Assembly (NCBI RefSeq): GCF_001949145.1 | Contig: NW_019091355.1 | Span: 2,772,646 to 2,836,645, forward strand | Length of the DNA: 64,000 nucleotides | Source of the DNA: Acanthaster planci | Taxonomy: Eukaryota | Direction of reading: 5' to 3' | Program-made: the position numbers and the translations under genes | Shown here: positions 27,801-38,624 of the stretch, in pieces | Layout of the letters: each line of letters starts with the position of its first letter | How positions within the stretch are numbered: position 1 is the stretch's first letter | The notes under the pieces: model-generated | What the model was told of the DNA's origin: nothing | Database searches by the model: none | Seen by the model: the letters and a program-made list of their open reading frames with translations, nothing else

Positions 27801-29217
27801 AAAGGCGCAAGATGGATAACTCTGTCTAAAAGGTGTAATCACCATGGGCGCCATTTGAGCAAGCGATACGCCTGTGCGGTTTACAATAATGCACAGGCGC
27901 AGGCTCAACAGGTACACGTGCTTGCTGTGGTGACTGCTCCTAGTGCATTTATGTACATTGTGCACGCGTATTGCTTGCTGAAATGGCGCCCATGCGATTA
28001 CAATGTTTTACATGTATTCACAGTGAAGTTCTCCATCTTGCGCCGCTATGCCCAAGAATGAGCCACAACAAACAACTCATTAATGGTTCAGACTCTGTCC
28101 ATCCGGCATGAAGTGGCACAAGATGTCAGCAAACAGGAAAGCAAGCCCATTTTAGCTTGTTATATTAACTTAAAAAGACCTATGAGGAGATTTTTTTTGG
28201 GGGGGGGAAAGAGACAGAGAGTTTGATTTGTTGTCTTTAAATCTATACACAAATCATCATGGCTTGGAGGATATTTTTTCGACAGAATATTTTGGGAACT
28301 AAATACTATGGCTAGAAGGATATTTCAAATGGAACAACACAGGATTAACCATCACGGTTAGGAGGACTTTTTTTGAAGAATACTAGAGGAAACCAACCAT
28401 CATTTTTTTCTTGGGAGTAAAACAAAGTTAAGATTGGACATTGGTATAGACACAAGTAGGCCAATTTAAATTAAAGCTACATGTAGGCCTAGGCCTACAT
28501 TATATCTAATTAAAATGGTGAAACTCGCAAGTATTTTGCCCATCCATGCCACAGAAGATCGGCAGCATGTACGCTCTCAATTGTTGTTAGCAGCATGAAA
28601 GCTTGACCAATTGCGACACAGTTCCTGTACTTTCTTTCCTTTCCAGTCCCTTGCAAATGAATTGGCCTTCTCGCATCATGCCGCATCCTAGACCTATAAA
28701 CAGGACCCGACGAATACTCCTTCGTTGTATACTGGGCCCTGTCCCGATTCATAAGGATTTCTTTTGAAAAGTTTATCCAGGATATCCAGGGGCATAACTA
28801 GACATTCGCTTGATTTTATGAGCTGAAATTGCAACGGTATGTTCATTACTTATGGTGTAAATTTTCTGCTAGGTTGCTAATTGTAGAAAACCCACCTTTT
28901 TTCTTGCAATAACCATGACAACCATAATAACTTACATCAATCCTCCTCAGCAGCGCAAATATTTATGATGCTAGAGTAAGATGGCATACTAAATGTAACT
29001 GAAAGTTTAAGTGAAACTTTGTTTAGGCCCTATGTGAGCTATGCATGTCTCTCTCTTTTAAAGAATTTTAAAGATCTGGAGGTAGGCCCTAAGTTCTGGC
29101 AATAGTCACTCACCTTGCTTTTGCTAAAAGGAATGGTTTATCGCAGAAAACGTCAACAATACCCCCCTCACTCTTCGCAGGGTACACATCTCTGCCTTCA
29201 AGTTTAATCCTAGACAT
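15888..29217 (-). CDS. FYVE zinc finger + armadillo/HEAT-like repeat protein, 12 coding exons, 468 aa
   Basis: Exons (minus): 29217-29114, 27609-27387, 27093-26867, 26253-26156, 25487-25354, 18923-18867, 18371-18297 (GC donor), 17871-17752, 17353-17222, 16926-16888, 16689-16598, 15993-15888. All phases are continuous; total 1407 nt from ATG to TGA. The FYVE signatures WVGD, RKHHCRQCG and RVCDLC are present. They are followed by ARM-like helices (MVELGGLQTLIYL, LAEAGAIRALC, IHDGALQPVLHL, VLCLVGNLA, HAARAIANFA). Confidence 0.88.
16023..16178. mobile_element. hAT-like family B copy in the last intron of the FYVE-ARM gene
   Basis: Shares CCAGTCACAAG...ACAGGGTGAACAATGACAAAGGAATGC and the TACAACACTG end with 2792-3004. 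Confidence 0.6.
16295..16544. mobile_element. MITE family A, about 250-bp copy
   Basis: TIRs TGGGTAATTCCAGAAA.TAGGGGTC / GACCCC.TATTTCTGGAATTACCCA. The internal sequence is the reverse complement of 61941-62193; both give the same spurious ORF, MQITCQTNSNSLK. Confidence 0.8.
19186..19231. repeat. (ATATC)n microsatellite
   Basis: Pentanucleotide run seen directly. Confidence 0.95.
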
Positions 29218-32200
29218 CTCTGGAAAATTAATGAACCTGTTTAATTATCTAATACACCACGTTTCTCTCAGAAAAGAAAGTTTCTCACGGATAAAAATCC
29301 CCTAAGTTCCAATCTCTGTTGACATTTACTGGGCGGCGCCATTGTATGTGAGCGCCCTCTGCCGTTTGTGCCTTGTAAGGCTCTTGTCTAACGAAGAAGT
29401 GGCGAATGCTTGTGATTTAATCCTCTGGCCGGGGGCGTATGAAATCCTAAGAAGAAGATGGGACAGTGGTATCCTGCGGGGGGCAGGGGTTACTTGTCTC
29501 ACCCCCGGCAGACTTCTATTGTTATTATATTTAAACAAAGAAAGTAATCGGTATATTAATACGTAAATTATCAAATATTAGCCCCAAACCCCGGCTTACG
29601 AAAACAACACCATGAAATGAAAGCAAGAAGGTCGAAAGTTTTTGGTACCCCCCTAACATCATGTTGAATAAACCTGAAGCAGCATTCGCTTTTGAATTCT
29701 CCCCTCCCCCGACACCAAAAGCTGGGTTGGGAAGGATACGCCCCTGCATGTGTAAGGTTTCCAATCAGTCCGACAATGAGTTATTGAATACACTTCAGGA
29801 CCCAGTTGCCCTAAGCAGTTGAGTACATTCTAATGGAAAAGTTATGTTTTGACCAATTTGAAAATGGGACATAGCCTAAGCCCTATTTCGAGAAAAAGGA
29901 TGATGTCCGCGACCATCATAAAACGATGTCGAAATGACCCCAGGACACTACTGAAAAAAATCTGGAGGTTTGCAACCATACAAATCCATCGCGACGATAC
30001 AGGGAAAAAAGTACCAGCAAAGTAGACTCAATCCCAGGTCTTTTACTAAAATCAAAAAAGGTTTTGTACACGGGTCCTCGTCTGGGTTAAGCTGATTAAA
30101 CTGAACTTGAACAGTTGCAAGCATAACATTTCAGTGAAAAACGGGCATAAATAAATCAAACTACACGTTTTGCTTCACACACATAGTAAAGATGTTCTGA
30201 AGCCAGTTGGCTATTTAATTTAATTTCTTAAATTTAAAAAGCACGGGTCGACCCGTCATTTGGGGCATGCGCTGTTGGTATATCGCACTGACTCATCGTC
30301 ATAACATGCTCTATGCCATTTCCTTTACTGTGGGAAATTTGTGACAAACTATTATTTTTCCGCTACCACAATCACTTGATTTGTTTTATATAGAGAATGG
30401 AAATGATTAATTTTCAACAGCTGTAATCTGAATGCAATGTCCTGCATATTTAGTTCAGTTTACAAGATGAATGGGGATTTTTCTTTTAATGTTGATTTAA
30501 ATTGTCAGAGCCTAGGAGTTCCTTGCAACATTTATTTAAATGACAAATTTTGCACACACACTCTTTTGCATGACTTGGAATGGATTACGCATTAGTTTAT
30601 AAAGTTCAAGGGTCAAGTTCCCTTAACTGCCCGACGCCAAGTATATAGGCCTAATACCAACATTGGACAGATATGACATTCGGGTGTGGTATCATACTTC
30701 GGGGAAATGAAACTCCTATATCACTTGGTTTAAAGTTAATATTTGATTTGTGGCCCAGTAATTCTGACTGATTCACCACTGTCTTCATCATAATTCCCAA
30801 CGACATGAGCAGCTGCAATTTCAATAGGAATTATCGGCAATATGTGTTTACCCACTGTGGCAGGCCTTTTGGAAACTGAAAAAATATCCCATACACAGAG
30901 CCGAGCCATTTGCTTCTCTTACTTGTTTCCTGCTCCGCCTATCCACCCATCTTAGATTTCCATGGCAACCGTATCCTAAAGTCTACAGATGAATTAAACA
31001 TTAACCCAAGTCGTGTGCCCGTCGCCACTCAAATCGAAACTTGATTATTTCGAGTTAACGTGAGGGCCTTCGCCTGGGTTGTTCGGTAAACAAACACTGT
31101 CATTAATTTATTGAATATGTAGCACTTTGAACCTGTCTTGTACTTTGCCATATGGCCGATTTGTGCAGGAAAAACGGCGCCTTTATTACCAAAATACACT
31201 CGGCTAAATCATCCTTATGAAATTACTTTTGCTGTATAATACAAAATAATCAAGGAACTATAATTTTTCAGTATGATAGATTTTATAGCAAAAGATGAAA
31301 CGCGGCATTTAAGCACGCATTTCGTCAGCGCTTTCACGAAGAAAGAAAAGTGCCCCACCTCGTGATTTTTTTTCAAATTTCTGTTTTTTAGCAAAATCAG
31401 CAAGGCTAACTGCTGCCTACGAGGTGGTGTAATCATTTTTACAAAATCTATTCAAATCAGCCAAGTCACGATGATCTCGACGGGCAAAATGCAACTTAAT
31501 CCGCATTTGCTGTTTTCACGAAAGAGAGAAAATAGTCCTCCATAGACATGGAGGTTACCATTAAAGGGCAAAACCGTGGGCAAAATTAGTTTTACCGTTT
31601 TCACGAAGAGACTGGCACTCGCAAATGAGGATCATTTTCAAGAAATGACAAAATGCACACGACATCCAGCGTTTTCACGAACAGACAAATGTGTTTGTTT
31701 AAAAATTAACAATTTTCATTGATTCCCATAAATATGGTTTGGTGGTTTTGTGTCATTTAAGATCTAATCTGCCACGAGGCAGCTTTTAGTCAAAGGAAAG
31801 TCAAGTCTCGGGGAAATGATCGTTGCAAAAGAGACCAACTTTAAATGCCATATACTCGAAACCTGGATTTTACTCTTCGAATAGATATTTTGTGGCGACA
31901 TGAATTGCATTCTCTACATCCTTAAATGATTTTATTTTTACAGAAAGAAACCATGAAATCATGTTTTCAAAATGCACAATTAGTCAGTGACAAATTGTCA
32001 TGTAAATAGTTTTTCCAGAAACCATTTACAAAATTGTAATTTTGGTTTTGTACGAAATACAGACTCCAGAAATGAGATTAAGGAATAACGCTTACCGACT
32101 AACATTCTATTTCATGGCTGCTTGTAATTTGCGAGTATTTATGGGGAACCCACTCAAAGTGACAGCGAATTTTGCAGTGAAACTGCATTTTTTTCAGCGT

Positions 32201-34907
32201 GATCCCTTTTCAGAATTGAACCAAAAAGGAGTAGATACTTCACTGGGCACCCCCGTAGACAAGGTTCTAAACATTTTGAGTTGACGTGGGCCACAGGTGC
32301 AATTTATTGAAGATCCTTTAGCGGATATTAGTGATTAAACTTGTCAATTTGATTAAATTTTGTCCCCATGCAGATAAGAGAATTGAGCAGTCAATTGCTT
32401 GCGCTGCAACAGTTTACGCTAAATTTGGATTTACTTACAGTTACACATTAAAGGCTGGAGAAATAATGTGGCCAAATAACGTATTGAAATCCGGTTGATG
32501 AATCGTATTCGTTAGTTTTGAGAATGTGAGTTCCCAAAACCTTTGACTGTTGTCATGGCGACAATGCTGCGAGGGAAAATAGTCGCCGGGCGGGGAAAGT
32601 GCAGTGCCAGCAAATCTGAGCACCAATGATCAACCTGCTGCCTCAGCAGTGCTGTCTTGACAACGCAAGACGGTGTTTCCAAGACAACCGGAACACAAAC
32701 CAGCATTTGCACTGTTTGCCTGAAGGTTGCGGGGGTGATTCGACGAGAGAGTGGGTGTTGCCAACTCGAACGACGGTTAAGGCAAAGATGGGGTAAGAAT
32801 CACGCTGTAACCATTTTCTGTGGGAAACGAATTATTTGTGAAGAAATATTGAAACTGTGCACGTGAATTCAGCATCTGGCCTCAGAAAGGAAAATCAATC
32901 TTAAGAACAAGACAAAAAACGGAAAATCATGAACAAATGTCTCTTAGTAATCACACTGATAAAAAAACGCATTTACTCATTAAATAATTTCTTGTTATCA
33001 ATTTGTAAACTTGTTTAGGTTCTAAATCTGTTTAGAACACCCGTGGATAGTGTTTAGCAACTGAACTCTGATGTAGAGTGACCGGGTGGATATAAATAAC
33101 CGGTGGCTTTCTAAACATGTTTACCAAGTGATAGCAAGACAGTAAACGTATTATTTTAAAGAATGCAGCTTCGACAACTTGGATGGATTTTTTGGAGAAT
33201 ACAACATTTTTTTCAGGCGGGGGCGCACGTAGCAATTCTCATCCTCCTGAAGAGGCGTGCGAGCCAGCAGATGCTGAATGACGCCGAATCTTCAATGGGG
33301 TAAAGGGTCAGTCTTTCAGACTCGCCACGACGCCCCTCAACAAGACTGGCATGCCCTCTGTCCTACCATTGAAAACAACCCTCTGCGGTTAGATATCACT
33401 TTCGTACCCTACGCTTTTCGCGGAGTAGAGTGCTGTTGCGTCCCTTACCAACCCGCCAAAGTACAAGTCTTTTGTCTCGGATGGGATATTCAGTGGTAAC
33501 AAATACTCAATTTAGTCGTTATCAAGGGACCCCATCAATAACAGAAATGCACGTATTACGTGCGTGCTGGAGGCCATGGTTTCCAAAAGCTCCGACAACT
33601 TTAATTATAAAGTGTATCGTATCCGTTTGAAAACTGCCTGTCGATAAAAATTAATTTGCTAGATAAAGAATAAAAGAAGTATTTCTTCAAGCCGAGAGAA
33701 ACACGTGAATACCTCGATGAAAGGACTTTATAGTTTCATCCAAAAATTCGCGAATCGAATAATGTTTTAATAATGAATGAGACTGAAAATGAAATGTGAT
33801 AGGACTTCGAAAACCTAATTCCACAAATTATGTTCAACAGTATCTTTGGACAAAGTTGAAGAATCTGTTTGTGTATTGCATGTTGAATATTAAATTACCG
33901 GTAAACCAATAAAACGTATTAATCCATACATGATTAGAAAAATATGAACTGTGTTAAATTCATTTAACCCCAAGTAATTTTACCTGGATGGAACTAATCA
34001 AATTTTAATTCAGTAAAAGGGGGACATGGTGCTGCACGTAAATGTTACATTTGCGAAACCCCTCAAGTAAATTAAGCAAACTGTTCATCTCCGGCACTCT
34101 CGATANCGTTCAATTCGCAATAACTTGAAACTGATGTTGTTAGCAGGTCCTTATATACATGAAACTTTATTTTGTTTGTTTGGATAAACTGGAAAAGTTG
34201 TTTAAAATGAGAAAGACCGTGGACGTATTTTCCTCCAAAGCTGATCGTATTTATTTTTTGTAAAAATCGCTTTTCTGTGCAACTGGATTTATATAATACG
34301 GTGGTTTAATGTTGTCTGATCAATTTTTAGTGATAAAGTTATTTTCGTGAACGTTATCTTTACAACAGTATTACAGTATCTTTATTGATCAGGATGCTAA
34401 ACCGAGTTTAATAGAATACGCCCGACCTTTCTAATACTAAATGGAAAAAGACCTTTCTTTTAATATGTACCCGTCATCCACATTGCCAGTAATATTTGAC
34501 TCAAGTCAATAGGTTTCTTGATGAGGTTTAAGTACACTGTCCTGCTCATTTATCAACTAGACCGAAGACGTCTTATAGTGGCTAATTTCTATTCACCAGA
34601 CTCCAATATCGTGGAGTTTTCCTTCACGGATTTTCATTTGCTCGCCTACAAGTTCATGGCCTCAACCATGCTTGTGTTGGGTGCACGTTATGCACAAACA
34701 AATGTGTTACATTATTTTACAACTTCACTTTGAGAAAAACGTTCCATTTAGACATTCAAGATGGAACGACTTTAGGCCCTACCCATAATTTAAAACAACC
34801 TGTCGGAGCTTAAGAATAATAATCTATTGTAAGAATATCGGTTTCGTGAAAATTAAAATTTTACCTCTTGATTTTGTCATTCTTTGCTGTTCTTGTCAGT
34901 GTCCTTA

Positions 34908-37357
34908 GGGTAAGGTGGGGTAAATGGAACGGTGGGGTAAATGGAACGCTTGACACTGTGTTGTGTATTGTCAGAGAATTATTAAGCAGTGCTTACTGGA
35001 GTAAAGTTTATTCAAACAAACAAACAAACAAACAAACAAACCTCATTTTCCATCATGGCGAATGTTTCCCATTTACACAGCGTTTTCTTCGTGTAAAAAT
35101 CGTCTTTTATCGCGCGCATCCAGCAGTCATCCTTCCATTGTTTCATTAATTAGTATTTTGCATGATCCTAAGAAGCTACTCGTGTAGTTCTGGGGGTGAT
35201 TTTGTCACTGAATCGTGTATTTTGAAGCTGATTTTGAGCACGCACTTCGGGGAAGCAATCACCATTCTGGTAAGTCACATGTTTTGCTGTTATTTCGTTA
35301 AATATTCCCAAACTACACATTTCAGTCTGTTGATGGTACCCAGGTGCTATGTAATGTTTACAGAAACAAAGGGATGTTGTTTCTGATGCACTTCACCGCC
35401 CGATGCCCTGAAATTAAGAATTTTTGAAGCATTATTCTTGGCTGTGGATCTATTTTCTGTGATTTATTTTATTAGCATGAAATAAACTTTACAGTACTAC
35501 AAGTTTAATTCACTAAAGTGGGTATATTTTTGTAACTGACACTTCAAATAATTTTGCATATTTTTAAATGGCTGTGTGTGAGCGGCCATTTTGAAAAAAA
35601 CCAAACACGTTGGACAAGGGTACCCACTCTGGGTAGTTTAGAAATCCGTGTCTCAACTCTCGGAATTAATTTTCTGCAATTAATTGTGAGCCAGAAAACA
35701 AAAATTCATTTGATATCCAGTGATTCAGTGGAAATAAATGCAAACTCGTCACAAATTTAATATTTGTGAAGTGTTCCATTTACCCCATGTATACGGGGTA
35801 ATTGGAACATGCATATATTCCCATTCAGTTTTTAAAGGTATTCATTGTAAATATTTACTCAACATTTATTTTAATCATATGGGTGATTTAAATAATCTGA
35901 AGACTGCGGCATTTCTGAAAGGTGATTTTAATGAGCAACCAATGCGTTTTATGTCTTGCAGATTAATTATGCCACGAAAAAAAACATCTTGGACACCGAC
36001 CTATGGAAAATGGAAGACGGAAGCAATGGAACGTGCAATGCAGGCTGTGAAGAATGAGAAACTTGGATTAAGGCAGGCAGCAAAGCAGTACGGCGTACCA
36101 CAAGCAACACTGTGCAGGAGACTACGAAAAGGAGTGTCAGCTGTTGAACCTGCTACAAGGCCACCTATTTTCACTGCCGAGGATGAGCAACTCCTTGTGC
36201 AGTATGTGCAGGAAATGGAAGCACTTGGCTTTGGACTTTCCATCAGTGCTGTGCGTAAGCTGGCCTATGAAATGGCTGAAGATGCTGGAATAAACCATCG
36301 GTTTAACAAAGAGGAAAAGAAGGCAGGTTACGACTGGTATCAGGGATTTATGAGACGACATCCAGAACTCTCGCTTCGGAAACCCGAAGGATTGTCAGCT
36401 GCTCGTGCAGCAATGTTGAACCCCAAAGTTATTGGGGATCACTTCACCAAGCTCGGAGAAGTTCTGGACACCACAGGCCTGAAGTCAAAACCAGCCCAAA
36501 TCTACAATCTTGATGAAACTGGATTAAGTCTAGTACATACTCCCTCAAAGGTAATCTCGACAAAAGGCAAAAAGACCGTCCAGTCTCGCACAAGTGGTGA
36601 CCGGGGTGAAAATGTGACAGTGCTGGTGTGTGCCAATGCCCAAGGCACTGTTCTGCCACCCTTCATCATATTCAAGGGAAAACGCCTCAGTCCAGCTTTG
36701 ACCCAAAGTGCTCCTCCAGGAACCCTATTTGGTGTGAGCGACTCAAGTTTCATCAATGCCGAACTGTTCGAGACATGGATTAAGAGGATGTTCATCCCTT
36801 CATTGCCACCTTCACGTCCTGTGCTCCTCATCTTGGATGGCCACTACTCACACATCACAATATCAACCCTCAAACTAGCCCGGGAGAATTCCATCCACAT
36901 ATACTGCCTACCACCCCACACCACCAACCACACCCAACCTCTGGATAAATCGGTCTTTAGGTCCGTCAAGAGTTCCTACAATCAGAGATGTGAGCGCTTC
37001 ATGCGTGAGAATCCACAGCGGCTCATCACACGCTATGACTTCTGTGGGATTTTCAGGGATGTGTTCCACAGTGCCTTGAGCATGGCCAATATTGTCAGTG
37101 GATTCAAGTCTACTGGAATATACCCATTCAACCCACTGGCAATAACAACTGAACACATGCAGTTTTCATCCGTTGAAACAGAGCTGGAATTTGCAGAGCC
37201 GGTACAAGGCGAAGTGGCTTCAGCAGCATCAAATTCATCCATCACCACAATACCAGTGGTTCTGAATGCTGGTAGCACTGTGATAGATCTGCCTACAGTT
37301 GATGCTCCTGCATCAGTACCTGCATCAGAAGATGATGTTCCCATGGAGATTGACACT
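34908..37357 (+). mobile_element. pogo-superfamily (Fot/Tigger-like, DD35D) DNA transposon; left end intact, right part lost in an assembly gap
   Basis: TA at 34906-34907 is followed by GGGTAA, then GGTGGGGTAAATGGAAC twice (34914-34947), then the transposase gene. No right TIR is visible after the N run. Confidence 0.85.
35969..37357 (+). CDS. pogo/Tigger-type transposase (HTH_psq + CENP-B-type HTH + DDE_1), uninterrupted up to the gap
   Basis: MPRKKTSW...GLRQAAKQYGVPQATL (psq HTH) and AGYDWYQGFMRRHPELSLRKPE (CENP-B HTH). The catalytic motifs are NLDETG, LILDGH and QPLD, with 35 residues between the 2nd and 3rd Asp. The ATG at 35969 follows an acceptor (tcttgcag, 35961), so the N-terminal extension in the ORF track is probably intronic; candidate donor CTG|GTAAGT at 35270. 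Confidence 0.93.
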
Positions 37358-37533
37358 NNNNNNNNNNNNNNNNNNNNNNNNNNNNNNNNNNNNNNNNNNN
37401 NNNNNNNNNNNNNNNNNNNNNNNNNNNNNNNNNNNNNNNNNNNNNNNNNNNNNNNNNNNNNNNNNNNNNNNNNNNNNNNNNNNNNNNNNNNNNNNNNNNN
37501 NNNNNNNNNNNNNNNNNNNNNNNNNNNNNNNNN
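37358..37533. other. Assembly gap (N run)
   Basis: N bases. A second gap lies at 38915-39165, inside the minisatellite. Confidence 1.
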
Positions 37534-38624
37534 TAACGTTTATACGTATAAGGACAAGTGTAACATCAAAATGATTGAAAGCACCAGGTTGGGCAACTTC
37601 TGCAATTTCATTCCGCAATCAACTCCTTCACTTTGATCATTTTTTTTTATTCTATCAATTTACTGACAGGGAGAAACTTCGGCCACATCATCATAGAATA
37701 TAGCTCTTATCATTAATTATATTGTGCAATAATCCGATCGTCTGGTTCACTGTGGCGTGACATTTCGCAGTGGTAAACAACGAGGAAATTAGGGTTTCAT
37801 GTTGCAGGAGTAGTGGCTGACACCATCGAGACAACGTGTGAAGATCTCCGCGAAAAATGGTTCCGATATGAACTATAAAGGAAATTTAAATATTGTTGTA
37901 CGAAACCAGTTAAAGTTTAATCATGAGGTTCGGTCGAAGGTTCTTGTAGATGGAGGTGACGCATTGAGTTTAGTCATATATTATTTTTAAATCAAAATTC
38001 ATGTTTTCTTCCTTTTATGTCTTATTCAAATTCAGAGTTGGGGCACAGCGGGATATGCACATGCTTCATGCGGGATGACACCCCCGATAATCTTCCATTC
38101 ATTACTTGGCAACACTGAAATGGCATTTCCCCTAGACGCCTTCAAGCAGTCATTAAATGGTAATTACATCATACAAACAATTAAGTTTGTTAATATTAAA
38201 ATTGATCAAAATGGGGTAATACTTTCCATGATTAGATTGCCTTCCTCTATTAAATGGGTTTTTTTTTACCAATATTGAATAGCTATATGCCCGACTCTAT
38301 TATTAAGCATTTGGTTGTGCGAGACCTATTATAAGATCAGTCACTACGACAACACTCCAGTGCAGACGATGAGCAGGTGACATCGCGCACACTACACAAT
38401 GAACTTCAAACCAAATCGACGATATGACATGCATGAGTCATTTCTGCCGGACCGCCCATGTGCATGGATCTTCTAGAGCATGCTGAGTTATTGGAACACC
38501 TATTCCAATATTAAAGACGCACGATTACAGTTTATGCTCAACTTTTTTGTAGAACTTATAGCTCATGCTTAAAGAATATAAAAGGTTTCATGTTGAACTC
38601 GAATGTAACCTGTGGTTTAGAACG

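Noticed and set aside
33247..33300. Second hammerhead-like string CTGAAGA-GGCGT...ACGCC-GAAT
   Set aside because: The core reads GAAU instead of GAAA, and no convincing stem I or stem III forms.
35738..35968. N-terminal 77 aa of the 632-aa ORF-track protein, and its tail beyond the N run
   Set aside because: The upstream part is AT-rich, contains the internal TIR palindrome and ends in a splice acceptor. The tail is joined only through Ns.
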